64,000 nt of DNA from Candidatus Poribacteria bacterium (GTDB taxonomy: Bacteria; Poribacteria; WGA-4E; WGA-3G), in NCBI GenBank assembly GCA_965198235.1, contig OZ240248.1, forward strand, positions 1,824,001 through 1,888,000, written 5' to 3'. The position numbers were made by a program, and so were the translations under genes. The notes under the pieces were generated by a model, which saw only the letters and a list, made by a program, of their open reading frames with translations, did not search any database and had not been told where the DNA came from. Shown here one piece after another: positions 30,955 through 40,260 of this stretch (position 1 is its first letter; each line of letters starts with the position of its first letter).

Positions 30955-31905
30955 TTGAAACGTATATTCCGTCTAATTCTACTCATCGTGTTGCTTTTTC
31001 CTGCTGTCGCCGCTGCTACATTTAATAACATTGGTGTTGGCGCGAGGCCGTTAGGTTTAGGTGGAGCGTTCGTCGCGCTCGCCGATGATAGCAACGCCGC
31101 AGATTACAACGCCGCAGGATTAGGTTACATTGGTGAAATCCATCTCGGTGCTACGCACGCCCAACGCTTTAGTGGGCTCATTACCTATAATGCCCTCAGT
31201 GGCATTGTTCCACTCGGAAGAATAGGGTCAATTGGGGCGGGTTTCGGGGACTTGGCAGAAGACTCCGAAGTTTACCATGAACAGACGTTGCGCCTCTCTT
31301 ACGGAAATGCCCTTTTTAAACAATTCGCAATCGGTGCAAATCTGAAACTCTTCCGTACCTCTTTTGACGAGGCAAACGAATTCGTCGCAGAGAATCCATA
31401 TTTCGTCAAAACATCCAGTTCAGCCGTTTCTTTTGATCTCGGCATGATTGCAAAACCTTTCCAGAGTCTGAGTCTTGGCGCATCGGTAGAGAACCTGCTC
31501 CCCGCAGATATGAGCATATCTGACACGCAAACAGATTCCGTGCCGTTAAACATTCGTGCTGGTTTGGCATACAGGCTTGCGTCTATCGCGGAGATGAGCG
31601 CGCAAGGTGCGGCAGTCAGCAACTTGTTGAAAGGCAGTCTTGGGAGCTTGGAGATTGCGTCTCGCAATGGCGAAATTTATATACGCACAGGAATGGAAAT
31701 CTGGTTGAATAAATCCATTGCTGTTCGCGGCGGTTATGGCGTGAAAAATGGAGGAAGTTCGGCAACGACCCTGAGTTTCGGTGGTAGTGCTAAACTTCCA
31801 TTCAGTGCAAACACCTACCTCCAACTCGACTATGGGTTTCAACTGCTAAGTGGGGATTTTCGAGACAATATAACACAGCGGTTCTCCCTCAATCTGCTGC
31901 TCTAA
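30955..31905 (+). CDS. PorV/PorQ-like outer-membrane beta-barrel
   Basis: GVGARPLGLGGAFVALADD..YNAAGL N-terminal signature, terminal beta strand. Confidence 0.75.
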   Translation: MKRIFRLILLIVLLFPAVAAATFNNIGVGARPLGLGGAFVALADDSNAADYNAAGLGYIGEIHLGATHAQRFSGLITYNALSGIVPLGRIGSIGAGFGDLAEDSEVYHEQTLRLSYGNALFKQFAIGANLKLFRTSFDEANEFVAENPYFVKTSSSAVSFDLGMIAKPFQSLSLGASVENLLPADMSISDTQTDSVPLNIRAGLAYRLASIAEMSAQGAAVSNLLKGSLGSLEIASRNGEIYIRTGMEIWLNKSIAVRGGYGVKNGGSSATTLSFGGSAKLPFSANTYLQLDYGFQLLSGDFRDNITQRFSLNLLL

Positions 31906-32061
31906 AGAAAGGTTTTTAATTTATCGAATCTGGACGTTGTTCCGCTTCGTTCCGCACAGGTTCTTACCAAGACTGAACAGTTCCTTTACCGAGCTGCACC
32001 TTCACCAGACACCATCGTGGAACGATGAGCGTTTGGCCATAGTTAGAAAGAAGTAAAAAAA

Positions 32062-33447
32062 ATGAAAAACACATCCATCGCTTTGATACTTATCGGTAGT
32101 CTGCTCTTGGTTTCCGCTAACAGTTATGGAGCGGTTACTTCTGTCGGAGAGATTAACGTCGTAGGCGAAACAGAGGGCATTGTTCCTGCTACTTCGACTG
32201 TGCCGCTCATCGTGACGCTTGTAATTGACCGGTCATTGGCAGAGCCGGGCGAAGAAATTAAAACTATTGAGATCATGATGCCGTTCGGATTTCTAACCCA
32301 ATCATCCTATTTCAAAGGCATCTCGCGTGACGGAAACCAGATTGTAGCAAGGGCGGTAGTCTCTGGCGGAAGTGTTTTGCGCGTTGAACTCGCAGACGCT
32401 ATCGTTGATTTTCAGAATTCGCTCTATGAAATTGTCTTTGAGTGTCAGACACCCAATACGCTTATCTTGGAGGCAGTTTTCAGAGTACGGCTACGTAATC
32501 TGCAAGACGGTCCAATCGGTGAATTTATCCGACCGGGGCAGGCAGACGGAAAACTCAACAACGACAATTTTACCTTACAGGTAATTCCGAATGTACCACC
32601 TGACCCTGTTATAGGTTTTACCGCTGAACCCGATGGAACCGGAGAAAACGATGTGACGCTACGTTGGCAGAAATCATCAGACCCGGATGTCAGCGGCTAT
32701 CTCATCTACAGGGACAAGGAAGATCCTATTAAGGTCGAAAACCGTTCTTCAACGACGTATCGCGATGTAAATGTTCTCCCAGGAAACCATGTCTATCAGA
32801 TCACCGCTTACAAGACGCTTTTCTTGCAATCGGAACGTTCGCCAATACAAACGGTGGACGTATCACCGGACACGGCTCCACCAGAGCCCCCGATAATGCT
32901 CAGTGTTATTAACTCAAGTGATGGCGTTGAAGTTTTGTGGAAACCGAGCGTCAGTCGTGACGTGATAGCATATCAGGTCTTATTTGGATCGGGGGCCAGT
33001 GAACCTGAGCCTCTCTCCAACGGTGAGATCCGTGAGATAAAAACGGAATATAGATTTATTGATGGTCGTTCTTTGGATACAGGCAGTTTTACTTACGCTG
33101 TCATCGCCATTGACGAGGCAAATAACGAATCCATCCCTGTAGAAAAAAGGCTTCGTATTTTTGACAAACCCTATCCGAACCCTTTTACACCGCTTTCTCC
33201 AGACGAGGATTTCAATCGGGTTGTCTTCCCCGCGCGCGCACTTGAAGAAATATCGGGTGAATTCACGGTGCTCATCTTTGACATTGACGGAATGCTCGTC
33301 AGGACTTTGACCGCACTACCGGGTGAAACGGAGCTGATTTGGGATGGACACGACGAATCCGGTGAAATTGTGGAAAGCGGCGTTTACGTCTATCAACTTC
33401 AAGTGGGAGAGAGTTTTAAGACAGGGACTTTAATTGTTGCGAAGTAG
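32062..33447 (+). CDS. Secreted fibronectin-III protein with FlgD-Ig/T9SS-like C-terminal domain
   Basis: FN3 pattern (LRW..GYLIYR..Y.D), PYPNPFTP..WDGHDESG..SGVYVYQL. Confidence 0.75.
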   Translation: MKNTSIALILIGSLLLVSANSYGAVTSVGEINVVGETEGIVPATSTVPLIVTLVIDRSLAEPGEEIKTIEIMMPFGFLTQSSYFKGISRDGNQIVARAVVSGGSVLRVELADAIVDFQNSLYEIVFECQTPNTLILEAVFRVRLRNLQDGPIGEFIRPGQADGKLNNDNFTLQVIPNVPPDPVIGFTAEPDGTGENDVTLRWQKSSDPDVSGYLIYRDKEDPIKVENRSSTTYRDVNVLPGNHVYQITAYKTLFLQSERSPIQTVDVSPDTAPPEPPIMLSVINSSDGVEVLWKPSVSRDVIAYQVLFGSGASEPEPLSNGEIREIKTEYRFIDGRSLDTGSFTYAVIAIDEANNESIPVEKRLRIFDKPYPNPFTPLSPDEDFNRVVFPARALEEISGEFTVLIFDIDGMLVRTLTALPGETELIWDGHDESGEIVESGVYVYQLQVGESFKTGTLIVAK

Positions 33448-33730
33448 GGGATGTACATAACATTAAAACGCATCCTCGCAACAGTATGGCGTTTTAATTT
33501 TTTCTCGGTAGGGTTCCTATTGCTTTCAACGTCCCAGTCCCTTGGGTGCTTGGGAAAATGTATTGACTTAATTTCCAATTCAAGGTTATAGTATAATTTT
33601 ATTAGCAAGTCGCTGGGCTTGCTAAACTGCACTACGCTTTATAACGGCAAGTTTTTGGAGATCTGCAAGCTGCACCCAAAAGAATCTGCTGTTAGCACAC
33701 ATTTTTATGAATAAAGGAGATGCAATAACA

Positions 33731-34750
33731 ATGAACAGGCTTGAGTCACGCCTACTAAGAGGAGTAATACTACTCGCGGTCCTCGGCATTTTGGGAGCCG
33801 TTCTACCGGCGTTAGGAAATTGGAGCATTTTACAAGAACGCGATCCAGAAGTTCGGGATTACATGTCAATCGCTTTTACAAGCAAGAGTACCGGTTGGGT
33901 AGTCGGTGCCGCATCCTTTGAAGACTTTGAAAATCCAGGTTTCATCGGATATACCATGGATGGTGGTAAAACGTGGCAAAAATCGGAAATCAAAATTTCT
34001 GCCGATTTGGCAGAAGTGTACTTCCTTGATGATAAACATGGTTGGGCTGTCGGCGCGGACGGTACAATAGTCGGGACGGGTAATGGTAGAGACTGGGAAA
34101 TGCAAACCAGTAAGGTTGGCAACGGACTTAAAGGCATTTATTTTGCTAATAAAGACGTAGGGTACGCAGTAGGAGAAAGTGACACCATTCTCTCTACGAA
34201 AAACGGTGGACGTTCATGGAAGGTGCTCCAAGGCGGACAACTCGGTGCTATTGGCGATGACGATGCAAATATGTACAATGCAATTCAGTTTCTTGACGAA
34301 GAGACTGGATGGATTGCCGGAGTCCGCGTTAGCCCCAGTACACAAGGTCAGCATGCCTTGATCCAGAAAACGATGGATGGTGGACAGACTTGGGTCACAC
34401 AAGGGACCAACAAAGAGGATATCCTTGAAGACATCTTTTTCCTTGATGCATCCATGGGATGGGCGGTCGGTGAAAATGGTGTAATCCTTCACACCACTGA
34501 CGGCGGCGAAACGTGGAAAGAGCAAGTTAGTGGCACAGAAGAAACACTACGAAGTGTCGGGTTTGCAGATGAGAAAAACGGATGGGCTGCCGGTGGAGAC
34601 TTTGGCGTCGGTGCCATCCTACGCACCAGCGATGGCGGCAAAACTTGGGAACTTGAAGATTCCAGAGAAAAATTAGTTAAAGTTTTTGTGCTTGATGGAC
34701 AGAATGTATGGTTAGCAAGTTCTACTGGTGCTATAATGCAGGCAGAATAA
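33731..34750 (+). CDS. YCF48-related beta-propeller protein
   Basis: Repeats F.D...GWAVG..G.IL.T.DGG.TW; signal peptide. Confidence 0.85.
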   Translation: MNRLESRLLRGVILLAVLGILGAVLPALGNWSILQERDPEVRDYMSIAFTSKSTGWVVGAASFEDFENPGFIGYTMDGGKTWQKSEIKISADLAEVYFLDDKHGWAVGADGTIVGTGNGRDWEMQTSKVGNGLKGIYFANKDVGYAVGESDTILSTKNGGRSWKVLQGGQLGAIGDDDANMYNAIQFLDEETGWIAGVRVSPSTQGQHALIQKTMDGGQTWVTQGTNKEDILEDIFFLDASMGWAVGENGVILHTTDGGETWKEQVSGTEETLRSVGFADEKNGWAAGGDFGVGAILRTSDGGKTWELEDSREKLVKVFVLDGQNVWLASSTGAIMQAE

Positions 34751-34922
34751 ATAGCCATCAGCAGTCGGCTTTCAGCCTGCTTCGCAGTGAGAACCAGAGC
34801 TCCTTGTGGCAGGTGAAAACGTTCGCAATACCCACAACGATCTACTGGCAACCTTAACCATCAACTCGGGTTTCCTTAACACTTTTATCAATGTGCGAGT
34901 TGATGGTTAAAGCCGATAGCCA
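34751..34922. repeat. MITE-like element with inverted heptamer-array ends and nested TGCTTCGCAGTGAGAACCAG module
   Basis: Left GCCATCAGCAGTCGGCTTTCAGC, right GTTGATGGTTAAAGCCGATAGCC. Confidence 0.55.
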
Positions 34923-34940
34923 ATACGCGGAGGTATAATT

Positions 34941-36113
34941 TTGGAAGTATCCACATTCGCGACGCGGATGAGTCGATTAGGCACAGAATCCGCATTTGAA
35001 GTCTTAGCCAAAGCCAAACAACTGGAAGCGCAAGGCAAAGACATCATCCACTTAGAGATAGGGCAGCCGGATTTTCCAACGCCGATTAATATTATTGAGG
35101 CAGCGTACAAAGCGATGAAAGACGGGCATACCGGTTACTGTCCATCTGCTGGTGTACCGGAGTTTCGCGAGGTTATTGCGCAACATATAACCGAGACGCG
35201 GGGCGTTACCATACACCCTGACGAAGTCACGGTAACACCGGGAGCGAAACCTATTATTTTCTTCACTATTTTGGCTTTAATCGATGATGGTGATGAGGTA
35301 ATTTATCCCGAACCCGGTTTCCCCGTCTACGAATCTGTTATCGACTTCATCGGCGGAAATGCCGTACCGCTACTCCTTCGCGAGGAGGTAGACTTCCGAT
35401 TCCGGCTTGACGATCTTGAGGCTGCAATCTCTGACCGGACGAAACTACTGATTCTCAACTCACCTCAGAACCCTACAGGGGGCACGCTAACCGCTGAAGA
35501 CCTTGAGGCAATCGCGGAGCTCGCACAGAAACACAATTTTTATGTGTTGACAGACGAAGTCTATTCACGCATTCTCTATGAAGGTAAACACCACAGCGTC
35601 CTCAGTCTGCCCGGCATGAAGGAACGAACAATTCTGATCGAAGGGCATTCTAAAACTTATGCAATGACAGGATGGCGGTTGGGTTACGGTATTGCCCCCC
35701 AAGCAATCGCTGATAAAATCACACAATTAACTATTAACTCCAACTCCTGTACTGCCACCTTCACACAGCTCGCAGGGATAGAGGCACTGACAGGACAGCA
35801 AACCTCTGTTACCCAGATGGTTTCAGAATTTCAGAAACGACGCGACGCAATTGTAGATGGACTGAATGCAATTGAAGGAGTCAGCTGCATCAAACCGCTC
35901 GGTGCCTTCTATGTGTTTCCCAATGTTACACAGCTGCCGCTTTCGTGTGAAGCACTCGCTGATTATCTCATGGAGGAAGCAGATATTGCCCTATTGCCTG
36001 GTACCTCTTTCGGCAAATATGGTGATGGTTACCTTCGTCTTTCGTATGCCAATTCGTTAGATAATATCCAAGAGGCATTAGACAGAATGGCAACTGCAAT
36101 CTCGAAGTTGTAG
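34941..36113 (+). CDS. PLP-dependent class I/II aminotransferase (aspartate aminotransferase-like)
   Basis: NSPQNPTG, DEVY, SKTYAMTGWRLG, GAFY, LRLSYA. Confidence 0.92.
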   Translation: MEVSTFATRMSRLGTESAFEVLAKAKQLEAQGKDIIHLEIGQPDFPTPINIIEAAYKAMKDGHTGYCPSAGVPEFREVIAQHITETRGVTIHPDEVTVTPGAKPIIFFTILALIDDGDEVIYPEPGFPVYESVIDFIGGNAVPLLLREEVDFRFRLDDLEAAISDRTKLLILNSPQNPTGGTLTAEDLEAIAELAQKHNFYVLTDEVYSRILYEGKHHSVLSLPGMKERTILIEGHSKTYAMTGWRLGYGIAPQAIADKITQLTINSNSCTATFTQLAGIEALTGQQTSVTQMVSEFQKRRDAIVDGLNAIEGVSCIKPLGAFYVFPNVTQLPLSCEALADYLMEEADIALLPGTSFGKYGDGYLRLSYANSLDNIQEALDRMATAISKL

Positions 36114-36120
36114 CACTTTG

Positions 36121-36250
36121 TATCAGCTATCAGCCTTCAGCAATCGGCTATCAGCAAAGAGGTTCTCTTTCTCAGACTCTCCCACGCGCTTCAAAAGCTT
36201 TGTATCAGTAGGCGTGGGCGAGTCTGTGCTGACCGCTGACTGCTATTCCT
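36121..36250. repeat. MITE-like element with inverted heptamer-array ends
   Basis: TATCAGCTATCAGCCTTCAGC... / ...GCTGACCGCTGACTGCTA around an internal hairpin. Confidence 0.6.
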
Positions 36251-36266
36251 GACAGGAATCTCTTGT

Positions 36267-37223
36267 ATGCCTCCTACTTTTAACCGAAAAGCTACCGCGC
36301 GGATCCCAGCAAGCACAACGAATCTGGGACCCGGATTCGACGTGTTAGGGCTCGCTCTTCAGCTCTATAGTACGGTTACGTTAGAACCTTCTGAAACCGA
36401 CACTGAAGTTATTGTGAGCGGCGTAGATGCCGATAAAATACCAAGTACGCCGGCGCATGTCGCGTTTCAAGCGGTAGAACTTGTTTTCCACCGAAGCGAA
36501 GCGAAACGCCCGAAAGGCTTCAGATTGCAGATAGAAAATGGGATACCTGCAATTCGTGGTCTGGGTGGCAGTGGAACAGCCATTCTTGGTGGGTTGCTCA
36601 CTGCAAACGCGCTCTGCGATACTCCATTTTCTGACGCAGAACTCCTCAACTTTGCGACAGAACTGGAAGGGCATCCGGATAACGTCGCCGCCTCATTGTA
36701 TGGTGGACTCGTCGTTTCAGCACAGGAGGATGCTCAGGTTCATACCGTTCGATTAGAATGTCCGTCCCTCCTTTCGATTGTATTGGCAATTCCCGATTTC
36801 CCACTGTCAACAGAACAAGCACGAGGGGTATTACCAACATCAGTGGGTTTTGCAGATGCAATCTACAATACAAGCCGGAGCACACTGCTAATCGCCAGCA
36901 TTGCCACGGGGCAATTTGAAATGTTGCGTGTTGCGATGAAGGATAGGCTGCATCAACCTTACCGGACTTCGCTGATTCCAGGATTTGATGATGTGGCAGA
37001 AGCCGCTACCACCGCTGGGGCACTTAGCGTCGCATTGAGTGGAGCAGGACCAACTGTCGCAGCCTATTGTCTGGAGCACACAGAACAGGTTGCTGAGAAG
37101 ATGCAAGCTGCCTTCAAAAAGCATCAGATCGCTTCTGATATTAAAATTTTGAAGCCGGATGCTCGCGGGGCAATCGTTAGAAAGGTGAATTTTGACGCGA
37201 CTGAGGAGATGTACGATTTTTAA
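36267..37223 (+). CDS. thrB: Homoserine kinase
   Basis: PASTTNLGPGFDVLG, IP..RGLGGS, EGHPDN, LSGAGPT. Confidence 0.95.
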   Translation: MPPTFNRKATARIPASTTNLGPGFDVLGLALQLYSTVTLEPSETDTEVIVSGVDADKIPSTPAHVAFQAVELVFHRSEAKRPKGFRLQIENGIPAIRGLGGSGTAILGGLLTANALCDTPFSDAELLNFATELEGHPDNVAASLYGGLVVSAQEDAQVHTVRLECPSLLSIVLAIPDFPLSTEQARGVLPTSVGFADAIYNTSRSTLLIASIATGQFEMLRVAMKDRLHQPYRTSLIPGFDDVAEAATTAGALSVALSGAGPTVAAYCLEHTEQVAEKMQAAFKKHQIASDIKILKPDARGAIVRKVNFDATEEMYDF

Positions 37224-37310
37224 GACTTTTTATCCGCTCATAATTCAGAGTCGGTTAGACTTAGCCGAAAACCGGGGTCCCCGCCCGTTACTGGGGAAGG
37301 GGTTTTTGAT

Positions 37311-37391
37311 AGGGTATTTCTTCGGATTTCTTCGGATTTCTTCGATGAAACATAGTGGAACGATGTCCAGGTTTTAATAGTTAAAAACATG
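37311..37391. repeat. (TTCTTCGGAT)x~3 tandem plus degenerate Family B repeat ending at the ATPase start
   Basis: Reverse complement GAAATCCGAAGAAATACCC matches 46390 and 55597; GTGGAACGATGTCCAGG..ATAGTTAAAAACATG. Confidence 0.65.
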
Positions 37392-40256
37392 TCAAATTTT
37401 CATGCGGAAAACATTGCATCAATACTGAATAAGTTCGATTCCAATATGGATCAGGGGCTGAGTGCCGAAGCCTTTCAGAGGGCGAAAGCACGGCACGGTA
37501 AGAACGAGATGTCCCCAGAGGAAGACGCGTTTCCTTTTAAAGCGTTTCTGAGATCGTTGCTCACGTGGCGTGTGATTGTTTTGGTAGTCGCGACAGTCAT
37601 CCTTGGTGCTTCCTTAGCCAACGGTACAAGCAACGTTACGCTCTATGCAGTAAGCGTTGTCGGAGCAGTTCTGGTTATTCATGCCGTGTCCGCATACATG
37701 ATGGAACACCGCATTCGCAGCCGTGATACCAGCCATAATAGACTCATGGTGCATAGTATCAAGGTTATTCGACAAGGGAAATTAGATGAGTGCGCGCCAG
37801 AGGACATCGTGCCTGGGGACCTACTCCCTTTCAGCGCAGGCGACTATGTGCCTGCTGATGCCAGGATCATTGAATCAGAAGGTCTTATGATTGACGAGTC
37901 TGTGCTCTTTGGCACCGAGGAACCTGTGCAAAAGGTAGGGATAGATATTCAAGATAGTACTTTACCGCCTCAAAAACAGAGAAACATGGCGTTCGGCGGG
38001 ACATATATTGTAGCGGGGCATGGACTTGCAATCGTTGTGCAGACCGGGAGGCAATTGGAAATATGGAAACAACGTCCGGATGCACGTCCAACCCTCGTCG
38101 CGAATACCCTCGCTGAAAGTGAGACAAGAGGTTTATATACGACTATAAAAGTTGTAGGTTTGGTTGTGGGAGGTGTGGTTGTTGCAATCGCGTGGTGGTT
38201 TGAATATCAGAATCATGCTACCGATTGGCAATCTCTAATCCATTTAGGGATGCTATTTGCTGTCGCATCTGCCCCGCAAGATGTGATTCAACTGCTCCGT
38301 TTATTCTTTTCTAAACACGCCCAAAGATTGTTGGAAAAAGGGGTTGTGCTACGAAATTCACGGAGTCTTGAAAAGCTGAGTCGCATTACCACTTTTTTTG
38401 CTAATGAAGACGGACTCTCCACCACACGCTCACTAACAATTTCAAGTCTTTTCGTCGATGAACAACTGGTTGATGGCAAAACATGGAGTGCGTGGTTAAA
38501 TTCTCTCAAAGAGTTGACCCCTGCAGAGCGTCAAAAAGCTATTGAAACAATGTCCCCTGGCGGAAAAATCCCACAGGGTGCCCCGCATTTAGTGTTCACA
38601 GCGGGACTTGGTGCCTCTGATGGGCAGGATACAGACAGTGCCGACCTCTTTAACACACGGACAACTTCAGAAGCCATGTCTTCCGAGATGGGACTGTCCC
38701 CACAGATCGCCCTCCAAGAGGATGTGAAAAAACTCGGCTACCAACTGAAAAGTGTGAAGACTCGACTTCCGTTGGTGAACACGTATCCCTTCACGCGTAA
38801 CTACCGCTATCAAATGCAAGTATTCGAGTCAGCACCAGAAGATTATCTGAATATCATCTTTGGAGATGCCCGAACAGTGCTTGACACCTGCGGTTATGTA
38901 CTCATTAATGGCGAAGCTACACCCTTATCAGACGACAGATACGAAATGTATCATGAAATCATAGACTATCTGATGAGCACTAAAGCACAGGTCTATGGCG
39001 TAGCCTTTCATTCCTCTGATGTTATTCTGAAACCGCAGGAAATGGAGTACAATCCCATCTTTTTAGGGTTTATCAGTTTTTCTGCCAGCAATGATGAACG
39101 AACCAAGGCGATCCTGAAGTCCAGCCTTGATACTGGACTTAAAATTATCCTCATTACTGAAAGCGAGGAGCAAGAAACAGTCGATCTTGCGAAGGATCTT
39201 GGGCTTATCCACAACCGGAAAGCGGTGGTATCAAGGGAGGAACTTGAAAGTGTCTCGCGTGAACAACTCGATAGTGAAACAGCAAAGTGGATTGCTTATT
39301 CGCAACCAACGTGGCATCAGCGTCGAAATATCGTCCTTAGTTTAAAACGTCAAGGACATGCAATAGGATTTCTGGGTCAAAGTAGGGAAGACCTCCGAGC
39401 AATGACCGTTGCGGATATTACACTTGCGAATAGAGTCGATGCATCACATGTTGTGCAAGCCGCAGCCGATGGACTCATTAACAACGGAGGTTTTCAAGCT
39501 GTAAGAGATGTGCTGCTTCATGCTCGCGAGGCGTACCATAACGCCGCCGGTTTTCTACGGTGGAACTTCTCTTGTACACTCTCCCTACTCCTCACGTTGA
39601 CTTTCGGGACGGTACTACACTATCTCTATAAGATGCCTATGCCATTGACGTTAACACAGATAATTTGGACCCAATTTCTTCTGACCCTATTACCCTCATT
39701 AGTTATAGGCACGGAACGGATATTTGCTGATGAGAAGCATCACCGTCCAACGCTGTTTTCGGGATCGCGCTTCCTTTCAAAAACGACAAGCGTAGACATC
39801 GTTTGCCGTGCTGTGACTATTAGTCTGATGACAATCATTCCTTTCTTCTTTATCCTGTGGCGTTCGCCTGCGTTGTCTGACGCATTCGGTGTTTCAACGT
39901 TAATGAGAGATGTCCTTTCCATTGGAGATATGGGGGATCCAAATACTCTGGATATTGCGATCGCGCGAACGGCAGCGTGTACCACGCTTATTTTCACACA
40001 GATGGCTACATGCTGGCAAGCTTTACGTTATCCATGGGAACCACTGGTTCAGAGGGTGCTCGCGAACTTCTCTCTCATCATTATTTCACTTGTCATTATA
40101 GCACTCCATTTAACGACGCTCTATGTCGAACCTGTGACGCAATTTTTAGGAATGGCGCGCCTCGAATGGGAATGGCAATGGGTGCTCCTGTTTAGCCTAA
40201 CATTACTTCTATTGCCGCTGAATTTGGCAATAGGTTCGCGATCGGACGATAATTAA
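37389..40256 (+). CDS. P-type (P2-like) cation ATPase homolog with degenerate catalytic motifs
   Basis: IVPGD, GDYVPADARII, RNMAFGGT, MPLTLTQIIW scaffold retained; DKTGT, TGES and GDGxND replaced. Confidence 0.85.
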   Translation: MSNFHAENIASILNKFDSNMDQGLSAEAFQRAKARHGKNEMSPEEDAFPFKAFLRSLLTWRVIVLVVATVILGASLANGTSNVTLYAVSVVGAVLVIHAVSAYMMEHRIRSRDTSHNRLMVHSIKVIRQGKLDECAPEDIVPGDLLPFSAGDYVPADARIIESEGLMIDESVLFGTEEPVQKVGIDIQDSTLPPQKQRNMAFGGTYIVAGHGLAIVVQTGRQLEIWKQRPDARPTLVANTLAESETRGLYTTIKVVGLVVGGVVVAIAWWFEYQNHATDWQSLIHLGMLFAVASAPQDVIQLLRLFFSKHAQRLLEKGVVLRNSRSLEKLSRITTFFANEDGLSTTRSLTISSLFVDEQLVDGKTWSAWLNSLKELTPAERQKAIETMSPGGKIPQGAPHLVFTAGLGASDGQDTDSADLFNTRTTSEAMSSEMGLSPQIALQEDVKKLGYQLKSVKTRLPLVNTYPFTRNYRYQMQVFESAPEDYLNIIFGDARTVLDTCGYVLINGEATPLSDDRYEMYHEIIDYLMSTKAQVYGVAFHSSDVILKPQEMEYNPIFLGFISFSASNDERTKAILKSSLDTGLKIILITESEEQETVDLAKDLGLIHNRKAVVSREELESVSREQLDSETAKWIAYSQPTWHQRRNIVLSLKRQGHAIGFLGQSREDLRAMTVADITLANRVDASHVVQAAADGLINNGGFQAVRDVLLHAREAYHNAAGFLRWNFSCTLSLLLTLTFGTVLHYLYKMPMPLTLTQIIWTQFLLTLLPSLVIGTERIFADEKHHRPTLFSGSRFLSKTTSVDIVCRAVTISLMTIIPFFFILWRSPALSDAFGVSTLMRDVLSIGDMGDPNTLDIAIARTAACTTLIFTQMATCWQALRYPWEPLVQRVLANFSLIIISLVIIALHLTTLYVEPVTQFLGMARLEWEWQWVLLFSLTLLLLPLNLAIGSRSDDN

Positions 40257-40260
40257 CCTG

